A stretch of 63,771 nucleotides of DNA, the filler included, from Reticulomyxa filosa (Eukaryota > Protista > Foraminifera): NCBI GenBank assembly GCA_000512085.1. It is 16 parts of 16 records of this genome, joined end to end, with 100 filler letters (N's around TTAATTAATTAA, not from the genome) between each part and the next. Parts side by side here need not be neighbours in the genome. Positions count along the whole stretch, not along the records: positions 23,268 to 30,263 come from ASPP01004622.1; positions 30,364 to 32,063 come from ASPP01002294.1; positions 32,164 to 38,120 come from ASPP01024647.1; positions 38,221 to 42,874 come from ASPP01048389.1; 12 more parts are not named here. One strand, 5' to 3'. The notes below the pieces were generated by a model. The model was not told the origin of the DNA and searched no databases. It saw only the letters and a program-made list of their open reading frames with translations. Shown piece by piece: positions 26,700 to 40,372 of this stretch (the first letter of the stretch is position 1; every line of letters starts with the position of its first letter). A program made the translations under genes and the position numbers.

Positions 26700-29066
26700 A
26701 AGTGTAATTTAATGAATAGTGACAAGAAACACTCGCGTGGTTTCTTGGCTATCAAGCGAGACGGACTGCAATTGTAACACTTGGTTGAATTGACCGCTGA
26801 CGATGGCCGTGTTGAAATCGACTTGGACAAAGTCTCCATTTTGCACCTCTTCGATTTGGATGGACGTACCATTGAAGTCGGTGGGTAACGTAACGTTTAC
26901 CTGACGGCTGATCGTGTCCTCACACGTCCACGCAACGTTTTGGCTTCCATCACATTTCGACAAGTCGTATCCCGAGCAATTGATATTCACTCCAATCACA
27001 ATCAACGCTACATCCGATCGAATGGCTGCCCATAAGCTAGTCGAGCTATCTGCATTTTGTCTATACATTTATGTCAAAAATAAACATACCAAATTTTATA
27101 TACGTATACATACGTGTGTCTACAAATACGTATAATACATACGTATATGTGTATCTGTATGTACAAACATGTATGAGCCAGTGGCAACAGAATGAGCCAA
27201 ATAGCCTTTGGTATAAAGGGCATTGAAGTTGAACAGCAATGCGTTGGCGGCGTTCCAAGCTTGGGAGTTGGTGGACATTTGGGTGACGTCGGTCTTTGAC
27301 AAGATGACGCCTTGCACGCCCGCAGCGAACACTTGTCCGATGACCATGGTGATTTCCGAGGGCGTGAGATACGGAGGGGAGTCATCACTCCAGGTATCAA
27401 ACGCCTGAATCACCGCCCAAGTTTCCAACGGCATTTGATTCTTTTGCGCATTTGACGTATAATCATACACCGCTTTCAATTAAAAAAAAAAAAAGTAAAT
27501 AAATCAATATACATATATATATATATTTATATATATATATGTATATTGATTTATTTAGTTTTGCTGACGTGACAAAATAGAACCAACCGGTGACAGGAAA
27601 AGTGGTGTTTTGAACGGAGGTGGTGGCACATCCAGCCATGAAGAATTGGACGACTTGGATGTCCGTAATACCGGCAAAGGACCCGACTTGGTGACTGGTT
27701 TGCGCATTAACGCATGTCATAAAGTGCGGATACGTCGTGCGTAGTGCAATGGCGGACTGCCACAGATTGTGAATTGTCGATTGCAACGCACTGCTGCTGA
27801 CGTCATCGACTGGCTGCAAGCTGTTCAACGCTATCGCGTGCACCGCATTCTGCGTCCCTGTGTTGCTGTCCGTCAACTGACTGGACAACTGCGAGTCCAC
27901 CACCAACCCACTCGGGTTCGTGTTCTCGTTCCAACCTGTGCTGTACGCCGTTATTATCGCTTGCGTGGTCCCGCTACACACGTCAGAGGCCGACAAATAC
28001 GTACTGCTCACAAACAAATCTTCCGACAACGTCTCATAATTCGCCGAGTTCGTTTGTGGGAACTGCACATATGATCACGATAGCGAGACAGACATATCGA
28101 CAAAGATAATAGATATAGATACAGATTTATTAAAAAAATTGAACTGAACTTTTTTATATAAAAAAAATATATATAAAAATGTTGTAAAAAAAAAAAGGGG
28201 GCACGCGATAGTAAACGTAACAGGGCATTGGGAATCAACAGGAAGAGCAACGAAAGGAAAAGGCTGCAGTGCGTTGGAGAATCTGCCAGCAAAGCCGTAA
28301 GCCAAGCCATCGTCCAAGGTCATGTAAATGGTCCACAAGTCCCCTGGCGACACATTGGAGATATTATACAAGCGAACGATGTGATCGACGGGGCCGACAG
28401 TGAATTCCTTGTCCACGGATTGTCCATTGAAGTAAAAGGAGGAAATGCCATAAAAAGCGTTGGAGTAATAGTTGTACAAGTGCACGGTGACTTGTTGCTG
28501 TTGCTGCGGAGACGAGCCAGTTATTTCCAGACCTACGTATAATAACTCCATGCCACTGTGCACAAACGCTAAATCGCTAAACGTGCCCAAACCTGCCCTT
28601 TGCTGTCGCTCACGACGAGCTTGGATATTGCTTGCACCAAGTCATCGTCCGGAACATGCATTGATATCCCCACTTGGCCGGTCTTTGCGTTGTAGTCGCA
28701 CGTGATCCAGTCGATCGACGATGGCAATACCGTCGTCGCCGCTATCGCTATTGTTATGTCCCCGTTGAATGACACCGTAAATGGAGATACATACGTCGTC
28801 GTCTTGTAGTTGCTCGCCGTGAACACTATCTGCGCACGTCCACCGACGTCCGGATCTTTTTTATTTTATTGTTATTAAAAGAAAAAGGGGGGAGAGAGAA
28901 GATGCAACTGCTTTCAAATTCAATATTTTGTACCTGGCAAGTTCTCTGGATACATGGAAGAACTCAAAAAATAGTCACGGCGAAAGCTGGTATAGGCCGT
29001 TGCTTGCGCATTGATTGCCGTCCAGTGACACACAAATAAAGACAAGGTTAACCAAAAATACATCAT
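26700..29066 (-). CDS. Secreted multi-exon protein with a possible glycoside-hydrolase-like (TIM-barrel) C-terminal half
   Basis: Signal peptide MMYFWLTLSLFVCHWTAINAQ at 29066. PLETWAVIQAFDTW....YLTPSEITMVIGQVFAAGVQGVIL resembles a GH-like barrel C-terminal motif. The 3' end is approximate. Confidence 0.55.
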
Positions 29067-29504
29067 TTTTTAGGATTTTTTTGTTCGTACGTTTTGTCTT
29101 TCCTCTCGCTCCGTCTTGCTTAGTAAACGAAATCAAATATCGAGCGAAATGCAACTGGCACAAATAAGTTTAAATAAAACAAGACATTAATTAAAAACTA
29201 CAGTGCTTTTTTTCTTCCAACAAGAGAGATTTAAAATCAAAAATTGCTTTAGTTATTACTGCAAAATTTTTTACAATTGTTTACAAGTTGTTTAAAGTAA
29301 ATGTTTGTGTTTTCTCATCCTAATTTTTGTTAGGAGAAACAAAACGGGGTACCCTCAATCTAGATTTTTTTTTAGGAGCCATCTAAAGCAGAATATAAAA
29401 TACAAGTTTGCAATATACATCAAAAAAAATTGGTGTAGAATAGGAAAGGGAGGGGCATAAATAAAGGACATTACAATAAAACTAACATCAAAAATACCGA
29501 AAAC

Positions 29505-30263
29505 ATGACGTTGCAAGCCCAAGTATTGTATGAATACGAAGCTCAAGACAGTGACCAATTGACAATAAGGCCGGGCGACATAATAGAAATCCTCGACAAC
29601 TCAGAGGATTTGAATGGGTGGGCACTTGGTCGAAGAGGGTAAGTGAGAGTGTGTATATGAAGAGAAGAAAGAAGGGAGAGGGATAGAAAAAAAAACAAAA
29701 ATGTAAATAGAGATAAAGAGGGTTATCTGCCGGCCGAATACGTGCGATACATAGACCAAAGGAATTACGACAGGTATACACGCCATATGTACAAATACAC
29801 ACCTATGTATGTATTGAATTTGAAATCACAATCAAAACGATGTCATTAAAAATAATTTAAAAAATGGAAAGTGGATGGCACACAGCGGAGTTTGAGCAGT
29901 ATTACACACGTGTGTTGATAGAAGAACAACAAATGGGATACTTTGACAAGTTGAAATATAGCATTGAGGAGGTGTTTATCCCGTGGCCATGTTCCAAATA
30001 CATGTACATATACGCGCAGCCCGAACTGAAGCGCGGTGCAGGTTTACATTTGCTATTCGCCTTTCTCATGGCCGTCGTGGACACATTTACCATTTTGGCG
30101 CCTTGTTTCACTTTCAACACCAAGCATACCAGCCAACAGTTAACATTTAAATATATGCATGTACATATATGTATATATGTATATATGTATATATAATAGT
30201 CCGAATAGTTCACAAGTTGCATTGACCTGTGTAAACATATCGCTTCGTGTAGTGTTGTGTTTA
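29505..30263 (+). CDS. SH3-domain protein with a downstream hydrophobic (putative TM) segment, 3'-partial
   Basis: MTLQAQVLYEYEAQDSDQLTIRPGDIIEILD....GWALGRRG | intron | DKEGYLPAEYVR, then GLHLLFAFLMAVVDTFTILAP. The SH3 exons are missed by the ORF track. Confidence 0.85.
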
Positions 30264-30363
30264 NNNNNNNNNNNNNNNNNNNNNNNNNNNNNNNNNNNNN
30301 NNNNNNNTTAATTAATTAANNNNNNNNNNNNNNNNNNNNNNNNNNNNNNNNNNNNNNNNNNNN

Positions 30364-30701
30364 TTCGTTTGTGGGATATTCGATCTGGTCAACAAATTCA
30401 AGTATTCAACGGACATAAAAATGATGTATGGTCTGTCGATTATTCACCATTTGTGATAAAGAATGGTATTGGTAATTCAAATGTGATATGTTCTGGGTCA
30501 ATTGATAATACAATTCGTTTTTGGGATATTCGATCAAATAAAAACGAATTACATGTAATAGAAATAGATGAAGGAGTATGTTGTCTTAAATTTATAGAAT
30601 TGAAAAAGAAAGCAAATAACAATGAACAAAAATCAAATGGTGATAGTTGTATTAATTTATGTTATGGCTCAAGCAAAGGTTTAATTCGTGTTTGGGGATG
30701 A
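30364..30701 (+). CDS. WD40-repeat protein, C-terminal fragment
   Basis: RLWDIRSGQQIQVFNGH...VWSVDYSP...ICSGSIDNTIRFWDIRS...GLIRVWG*. Confidence 0.92.
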
Positions 30702-31499
30702 ATATTCTGATAAGAGTTTGTTTTGAATGAATTTATTTTAATTCATTAACATCAAGTAAGTAATGATTTTATATTTTTCATAAAATTTTTGATTATAACA
30801 TTATTTTTCATAGCAATGATTAAAACTATTTTCATGATTTTTCTGGTACACGCTGCACGAGTCATTTACGCCAAGTTGACAATCTTATGGATGAACAAAT
30901 CACTTGTCAAAAGTGATACCACGTTGTCTAGCTCTCTCTAGATTGATAGATATTTTATAATTGATAATCAGTTTGACCACAAGCAAACATATTTGTCATA
31001 ATCAATACTGAAGTCTTTCCTTTTTTTTTAGTAAATTATCGAGAACACAACAAACAAATAAAGAAGCTACACTCAAAGTTACAATATTTAATTTGAAATG
31101 AAATAATTTTTTTTTACATTAATTAACATTATGTTTTTCACATTTTATTTAAAACAATATAAAAAGGATATGTGTTGAATATATTTTCAATTGTTTAACT
31201 TTTAATAAAAATTTTGTCGAATGAAGGACAAAGTTAGAAGATATGACAATCAATTAAATTGGGATTGCAATTTATAACATTAAACTGCATCTAATTTTTT
31301 TAAAAAAGAGTGTTGTAATTGAAAAATAATGTTGTACTTTATACCAAACAAGTTTCACTGAGATAATATCCTTGCCATTTGTTAAATTTTTTATAACGAT
31401 AAGATTTTCTCCAGATTGCACTACACTTGCATCTTACCCAAAGGATAAGACAATTTAATTGTGTGATGTATTAACTGGAAAAACAATTTAAATATTACA

Positions 31500-31610
31500 A
31501 TGACATTCTAACGATATGCAAGGAATACAAATTTCATCAGATGGTTCTAAAGTTATTTCATATTCAAATGACAAAACTATTCGAGTATAGGATTCAAGTA
31601 TTAGAAGAAC
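31500..31610 (+). pseudogene. Degenerate single WD40 repeat remnant
   Basis: GIQISSDGSKVISYSNDKTIRV*D, with the Trp codon mutated to TAG. Confidence 0.5.
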
Positions 31611-32329
31611 ATATGGAGTTACTAATTACATTTATTTATCACCGATTATTACCATGTTATGTCATAAATTAATTTCATTGTTGAGCTATCAGATAAAATA
31701 ACAAATGAACATATGACATAATTTCATTTTTACAAACAAACAAATTATTCAATAACATGTTTTTTGTTTGCTGTTGATTTTTGAAATAATCAATTCACGT
31801 TTTGTGCATCAAATATCTTTTACCATAAAGTAATTTAAAAAATAACATATGAACTTATTTAACTATTTCAAATTAATTCGTAAAATATTATGTTTATGCA
31901 GTTTTAATATTTCAAAATCATATTTTCAAATGTTTGTTCTTCAAGCTTAACAAAGCAATATCAATTTTAAAAAAAAGGAAAAAACACATCTAAAGTTTAT
32001 AAATTATTTCAACATCGAAATTTCTTTTTTGTTTTCAAACATTCTTTAAAACTACAAAAGTTGNNNNNNNNNNNNNNNNNNNNNNNNNNNNNNNNNNNNN
32101 NNNNNNNTTAATTAATTAANNNNNNNNNNNNNNNNNNNNNNNNNNNNNNNNNNNNNNNNNNNNTTGTTCTCCATTCCTCTATTACTTCTACTTCTTCTAT
32201 GTTATTACCAATCAAACAGTTGTCATGAGCTTCGACTGGACAAGAATTTGAGTTTTGACTGTTTTATCATCAAATGAAAATATAACCATTTGATAGTGGC
32301 AGAATATTACACATGAATAAATGCAATTG

Positions 32330-32480
32330 TATCTTAAGAAAATATTTTATGCAAAATTTTTGGTGAAATGTTATATATTAATTAACAATATCAAAGATTT
32401 TATCCCAAGACAATATTAATAAAATATGCAAATAATGTGTAATTTCAAATGCAAAATAGAAAGTTTAAATGATCATTGAA
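32330..32480 (+). pseudogene. Remnant of the TRAF-like zinc-finger family seen at 61428-62460
   Basis: ..FIPRQY** ..CNFKCKIESLNDH parallels PRQF...CNFKGKMKDLKDHL. Confidence 0.4.
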
Positions 32481-32999
32481 TAATTTTTGTTGATTGAAAT
32501 CATTTGGATGTAGATACAAAGTAGAAAACGATTATGTATCAATCAAACATAATGAATGAAGGAATATTGAATTAAGTTATTTTTTAAAAAATGACAATCT
32601 TAATTTAAAAATGTTGGTGTTATAATTATTAAATGTAATCTTTTTTGAATGCAAAATTAAAGTTGTTTTGCTTGAATAAAAAAGTAAAGATATAATGATG
32701 TGTCCTCCTAGTTTAAATTGAGTTATTCGTGCACATAATTTAAAAATTAGTGCTTGGATCAAAGAAATGGCTAAAAGAAAACAGGATCTTTAAAAATTAG
32801 ATTTGACCGAATACTCCAAACAAACACTTTTATCAGCTGATCTATTTTACCATTTTGAGGACAAAGAAAAGGAAGTAACGTTACCAAAAAATTTTATTTA
32901 TTAAAAAAAGTTTGTGCCTTTTTTTTTTTTCGATCTCTCTAAGCTTGAAAATTTTACTACATAATTATAATTTCATTATATTTAAAACAAAAACTAAAG

Positions 33000-35194
33000 A
33001 TGAAAAACTTACCTTCATTTCAAACCTTGTCCTCTTTGCCAGAGAAGCTTTTATCAAGCTCAATGTATTGCTCAAAAACGCGAGATTCTCATCTGTGGAC
33101 AAGGTAGCTGTTACTCCTATTTTATTCCAGGAAATAAATACAGATTGATTTGTCAGTTGCCAATTGAATATCTGCGCGAAGGTAGTCATATACTAAAACT
33201 TCCAAATAAAGATGATTCAAAGGAAACTATATTATTGCTATTTGGTGGAGCCTATGGACGTATTTCGGTGATGAATTATGTTAGTGTTTGGAAAAAAGAG
33301 GAATAGATAAGACAACAGGTTATAATGAATGGAATCCTTTGATAAACAGTAACAAAGAGCCAACTTGTATCACCAAAAAACATCCTTATTATCGTGGATT
33401 ACGTACAGTGATTGGAGGAAGCAATAATAATTTGTTGTTTATTATCTATTATAAAGCTATTGATGTGTTTGATTTGAATATCTATGAATATGTTGCTAAT
33501 GCTTCTTTACCTATAATTGATCTTGTAAATTGTAAGTACCTTGAGTCTAAACCAGAGAAACCGTTTGCTGCTGAGATACTCCCTCCAATAAAAAATAAAA
33601 AAAGCAAAATGCTATTATTTTATGAAAACACAGGATTATCTATCGAATATGATGAAGACAATAAATTATTTCAATTTGACAATCTACGAGTATGTTCAAC
33701 AATTAGATCATTATCTCTTTATGGGCATGTGCATATAAATGGTATAATACTGTTTTTTGGTGGAAAAGATGAATTTAATCGTATGAATTCAAATATACAC
33801 AAGTATATAATAGACGAAGACAAATGGATAAAGTGTGAACAACTCTACCTCAATTCATTGTATGGTTGCACTGCAATATTAAATGAAGATCATGAATATG
33901 TGCATATTGTGGGAGGTGGAAAAACACATTTCAAAACAAAGACAAAAGACTGGATAAAAAACGAAGAAACAGCAATTGAGAAACTTTGGCTTATCGAGGA
34001 AGAAAAAATCATGGAAATTGAAGAAATGAAACAAGATATGAGTGTTATGCAACCAAGTGTTGATATTAAAAAGTTGAAAGTTGCGTTGTTTATTAGAATG
34101 TATTGTTATCATTTGTTATTACTTATATACTATCATTAAAAAAAAAAACATAGAAAACAAAGAAGATTAAAATGATAGTTAACTATTGGCTACGATTGTC
34201 ATCTATCAAAATAGGATGGATTAATGAATTTAATATCATCATTTTGCGGAATATTTGGGTATACTTTTATTTCTTTTTTTTTTTTTTAATTACTAAGTTT
34301 AAAAAAAAAAAAAAAAATGTTGGTGAAATATTTTAGACTATTAAAACAAGGTTATGTTCATCCAACGCCTATGAATAATATAAAATTTTCACCTGATGGA
34401 ACCAAAATTCTTGCATCAGCAGATAAGCAAATTCAAATATTAGGAAAACGAAATTATTCATTATGTGGACATTCAGATATTGTTAACAATGCAAAGTTTT
34501 CATCTGATGGAAAAATGATAGTGTCGTGTTCAAATGATCATACAATTCGATTATGGGATGTTAAGTCAAGGAAGGAAATAAAAAGATTTGAAGGACATAC
34601 TGACCATGTAACATGTGCATGCTTTTCACCAAATGGAAGTATTATTGCTTCAGGATCAAAGGATTGCACAATACGACTCTGGGATGTGAAATCTGGTAAA
34701 GAGATAACACAGTTAATGCGTTCGGAATGGATAGTTGACATGCAATTTTCACCAAATGGTCAATTTCTTAAATTCTTTTCTCATGATTTTAATATTCAAA
34801 TATGGAATTTGCAAATTGGAGGAAAAATAAATGATTGCGTGGACACAACGTTGTGTGCTCAAATCACAATACTCTCCAGATGGAAAAACTATTATTTCCT
34901 GTTCTGAGGATCAAACAATTAGAATCTGGGACGCAACGTTACGTACAGAAATCAAAAATATTCACTGGACATTCAGGACCTGTCAACGATGTGAAATTTT
35001 TTCCAGATGGTCAAACTATTGTATCATGTTCAGATGATGCAACAATACGATTATGGAACGTACAATATGGAATAGAAACACAAATATTGAAAAAGGGTTC
35101 CTTAAGAGTCACTGGAGTGGATGTTTCACCTGACGGAAATACTATTTTATCTTGCTCAGATGAAAAGATAATTCGACTGTGGGGATTATTATGA
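33000..35194 (+). CDS. Kelch-like propeller + WD40 propeller protein with frameshifts (pseudogene or indel errors)
   Basis: Kelch-like: LLLFGG, TVIGGSNNNLLFII, ILFFGG, VHIVGG. WD40: GHSDIVNNAKFSSDGKMIVSCSNDHTIRLWD, GHTDHVTCACFSPNG...SKDCTIRLWD, GHSGPVNDVKFFPDG. Frame switches near 33050, 34850 and 34955. Confidence 0.85.
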
Positions 35195-38100
35195 TTGGAA
35201 TGTATGATTTTTAACTTTCAAAAGAAATGCAGTATTGAAATTATTTGCATGTTCACAACAAGCCCCTTTCATTCATATATTCGAAAGAAATATAGCAAGG
35301 AGAATTTATTGATATTAGTGAAGATTTTTATGTAGAAAGCAGTAAAATGTTGTGATAATGAGACTGAAGCATCCTTTCATACGTTTACTTTTGATTTTTA
35401 CCATGTGTTGACACTGATGCACTTTTATCATTTTGTCCTCCAATTTATGTACTAATTTTGAAACAATGTACTTAATCTTTAAAATCACATCCGCAAAGAA
35501 CAAAATTGCATCGTTAATATATACATATGCATAATGCAATAATATGGCAATATTATCACAAACAGGTAGTTGATAAAATTAAAAAATGTTATTATCTTCA
35601 TATTCAATTGATAATCCTGTTTTTTCACAGAATAACAATTCATTAATTTTTTTTATTTATCATTTCTTGTACAAGGCAATGATATTGTACCCAAAATTAA
35701 TTGGTAAAATATCATATTTAACAAAATTGAAGTGTGTTTAAATCAAATATACTAATAGTATTTGGATAATACAGTAGGTTACATAAAAAACTGAACACCT
35801 AAAATGTCACCTTATGAAGATTATTGATTTTCTCCATGAAGAACAGACATTTATCCTAATTTTTTAAAAAAATATCTACAAATGTTGTAGTTTTTACATT
35901 TCAAATTTTTTTTTCACGGCGTGTAAACCTTGGGCAGTGTGGTTTTAAAAGGGCATTTTTTTTGTTACAAAAATCACTCCTTAAATTTTTTTTGTGTAGC
36001 ATCACAATAAATAAATTTTCTTTACTAATTACATTTAAAGGAAAAACGTTCCTGAGACTGAATTTTTGTTCCCCCTTTTGTGTTTTTGGAAATTATTGGG
36101 ACAAGGATAAAGCGCATTAAAGTGTTAACATTTTGTACTTTGAGAGATTGGATGAACAATACAAAATATCCATTTCTTTTCTTTTATTGTTCACCAAATT
36201 GCAACAAAATTATTGATACCTTTTTCTTGAATGTATTTATCGACTAATTACATATTTGCAAAAAAAGTAATTTTGATGAAAAACATTGAAATTAGTTTAA
36301 AAAAAAAATAAATTCATATTCAATTGTACGCTCTTATGCATTCAAATTACCCATTTCCTATAATTTTGAGTCAACTAGAAATTAATACAAAAAATTCTTG
36401 TTAAACAAAACCTTTTTTGCTAGTAAAGAAGCAAAATACTAAGAAATTAGAAGTTATTCCAGTTTCAACAAGTCCTTCATTTTACTCATATTCTCTTTGT
36501 ATAGTTTTAGAGATTTATTAATTGTTTGCAATGACAAAAAGAAGATTTCTTTTCATATAAAAAGAATAACCTTCGTGTGGATGTATAAATAATGGATGTC
36601 ATTATAAATTCAAACTTTTGCTTGTAAATATTGCCTCATTACAGAGTTTATATTTATGTCATTGTAAGATACGAACTATCAGTGATCCTTCTAATACTCG
36701 AATTTGTTTTTAGCCACTTGAATCTTTTTTTTTCTATTTTCCGACCTTGAATAATCGGAATCTTTAATAAAAATGAGACTTAATTTCCAATTGAAATTGT
36801 TAAAACATCATTTGTTTACTGTTATTATTACTTTTTTGCCGTGAAGTAAAAAAGAATGAGTAGGATTTTATTTCTCTTATTAAGTTTGCAATTGTGTATG
36901 ACATAAAATGTAAATATCGTTTTTTATTTTCCATATGCTTACGTAAACACCATTTATTTTGTTTTTTTTTAGCAATTTTAATTAAATTGGAGATAATTCT
37001 CTTTATATACAATTTATTTGACACAAACAAATTTTTTCAATTCTTTTCTTTCAACACATAAACAACTAAACCCTTTAGTATCTTCTTAACTTTGCTTATT
37101 TTAAAGTAAAAAACATTATTTTGTTTTTTCCATTATTTAGTGGTTTTTAAAAATTTAATTGATTTGAAACAAAAATAAAAATCGGTGTTGTAAACGTTAA
37201 GATTATTTTTTTTTACAATAATATTATTAAAATCATCAATCCATACAACAAAGTCATTTGATTGCTGTCTTTGTCACTACACAGTGCCCGTCTAATGTAA
37301 CATCCATTGGATAAACTTGTATTCGTTTTTGAGTGTATGATAAGAATAGCAAGCTTTTTGTTCATAACCTCCACAAATGAGGAGTTTAACCCTTTTGAAA
37401 AAACAAAAGAATAACAAAAATGTTATTTTACATTGACATTATTTTGTTTGATTAATAAAACAAAAAAAGTCACATTTTTAATATCCATTATGTACTATTA
37501 AATGGGATTTATTTATGCAAAAAATAAAATAAAATATTCTCCAATCAAACATACAACCAAAACAACCTAAAAGAAATTTTTTTGTTTATTGCAAAACTCA
37601 ACCAATATCTGTATTAAGTAATATTCTTCAAGAAAAATAAAATAAAGAGTACAATTTGCCAATATATGAGCAATATATTTGCAATTTCTTCAGTAAACGA
37701 TCGTTTTGTATACTTGTGATGTGAATGTTAAAACGGACAAGTAATAATCAAAAAATTATTAATTCATCAATGCAGAGCCGGTAATAAATATAAGGGATTT
37801 GAATGCCAGTTCAATAACTTGTTTTTTCAAACATATCAAATATAAACAGATTTAATATTCAAGTGTTTTGTTTGAACAAAAAAATTCATACATATTGTAA
37901 GATACATAAAATATTATTATTATTCAATTTATCCAATTGTATTATTCATCTTGACAAAATGTTGTCAAGAAACTATAATGATAATCGATTGCGCCATGTG
38001 CTTAAGATAAAAAAAACAAGTCTTTTTTGAATGTAACGAGCAATCTTTCTCCAACAATTGAACGTCTTTGCAACATTTATAAAAGATACTTTGTACTTAT

Positions 38101-38592
38101 TTTTGAAAAAAGTCTGTACGNNNNNNNNNNNNNNNNNNNNNNNNNNNNNNNNNNNNNNNNNNNNTTAATTAATTAANNNNNNNNNNNNNNNNNNNNNNNN
38201 NNNNNNNNNNNNNNNNNNNNTTTGAAAAGGCGTGTGTTTTGTCCTCATCTTGTGAGTCCAAAGTAACAGCTTCGCTGATCGCAGTCAGCGTAGTGGTGTC
38301 ACTTGTCAAAGACGATTCACTCATGGTATCATCCGATTCATGTCTAAAGTGCCCTCCTCCTCCCAATTCATGTTTCGAGTCCAATGATCTTTCACTCTCT
38401 TTGACATCAAATCTGTCTCTATCTCTCTATCTTTTAAGACCCCTTTTAATGATTGAACTTTTATCAACCAACTTCGCTAAAACCAACTAACGAACTAACG
38501 GAAGCTCTCATTTACTACAGCTATCTGGTAGATAGTGGAAAGTAGTGTCGAAATTTACAAGTCTCAAGTAAAAACTTTTCACAACTGGTGCT

Positions 38593-40372
38593 GTGCAGGA
38601 AAATAAAATGGAAAGCGACGCAAAGTCGGAAGAAAGTATGATAAATACAAAGGACCAAACAACAGACAATGATGAAACAAAAGATGATACAAGTCAAAAT
38701 AAAATGAAGCATAGCAATGAATTCCAACCGAACTGTGATGACCGAGGTAAACCTTATCCAAATCAGCTGGTAAAAATCATTCTAAATCAGACAAAACATA
38801 AATGTCCCTATTGCTCCGGCAAAATAGCATCACTGAAAGCGCTAGATTTCCATATGTGGAAATTTAAATCGTCATAATCACACGACAAAGGAAAAAAATT
38901 ATGTTCCGATGCAACATCAACATGTCTGTTAATCCAACAAAAAATCTTAAAAGGAGTAATTATTACACACATGCAACGCGATTTTCCGGACGTAAACTGG
39001 CAACAAATACATGACATGATTGAACAAAAAAACTGGGACGCTATTCAAGAACAAAAAATAGAAGTCACTGATGACATAAAAATAGTAAACATCATCCGGC
39101 CGTACCCCAATTCCACACATACATCAACCCATTGGACAATGCAAACCCAAATAGTAACATGATAATAGCAGCGCCGAAAGTCAAAAAACGAAGATTAAAC
39201 ATAGACAAAGTATGCCTGTATCTATCAACAAAATAACGCAATATATGCCTGATTTCATGCAAGGAGACCATAATAGGCAGTTTCTGGCGATCAATGAACA
39301 GCAAATAACAGTTGATCAAGACATCAATGAATTACAGTTGGCCATACATACGAAAGCAGCAGCGCAAGTAACAGGAATTGAAAACCCGATGATATCTACA
39401 ATATTACCAATTAACTACGCATCGACACTAGTGGCACAAATACAAAAGTATGAAACAGAGCAACAACGTATGGTAAAGTCATTGGAAGAGGCAAACTTAC
39501 AGATAGAAATATTCCGAAACACAAATGCGAAACTAGAAAAAAGCAAAACTACAATAGCCAGACTCAATCAGGAGAAGAATGACTCAAACGCGCAAATGGT
39601 AGTACTAAGAGGAAATATAGCTGAAAATGACAAAGCGAAGGTAACAATGACTGCCCAATTGGAACAAAAAGACTGCCAGATTGCAAAATTTCAAGAACTG
39701 GTGAAAAACGAACAATCTCAAAGGGTTAATCTCGAAAACCAAGCTAACCAATATAGCCAGGCAACAGAGAATCTTAAAATACAATTGGAAAAGGTGAGCT
39801 ACCAAGCCAAGAATGAATTCGAACATAAACTGGTAATGGAGCAGCGAATTGGCGCGTATGAGACGGAAATCAAAGAATTAAAGAGCCACCTAAATAATGC
39901 GGAAGGCTTAATAAATAGGTTGCAATACGCAATCAGAGAAAAAGAAGACAAACTGGAGAATATCAAGAATGAGACCAATTACCAGTGCAACGAATTAAAT
40001 AAAATGATAACAGAAAACTCAATGAAACGTGATATTACAGAACAACAAGAAATGGAGATTCAACGAATGAAGCAAATAATTATAGAACTGAACAAATACA
40101 TACAAAAGAAGGATAAGGAAATAAGCAACCAAGAAAGTGACCAGAAACAGATGGAACAACAAATAATACAATATCGAACAGAATGTGAAAAATCAAAGAA
40201 GGAAAAAGAAATAAAGGTGCTGGAATATAATGAGATAGAATACAAATACCGAGCAATAAGAGAACAACTCGAATCAGCAGAACTTAAAATAAAAGATCTT
40301 CAAGGAAGGACCGAAATGTACCAAAAACCATCTTACAGTCCACAAAATCAACAAGAGTTATCGACAGACTGA
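38593..40372 (+). CDS. Retroelement ORF1-like protein broken into three pieces: zinc finger (CPYC..H) plus a roughly 300-aa coiled coil
   Basis: ORFs 38593-38877, 38971-39162 and 39212-40372 are colinear. The last has heptad-rich E/K/Q/N composition. Confidence 0.6.

Noticed and set aside
35200-38120. Possible genes or RNA genes in the long AT-rich stretch (also 62561-63771)
   Set aside because: No recognisable ORF, tRNA, rRNA or repeat structure by eye.
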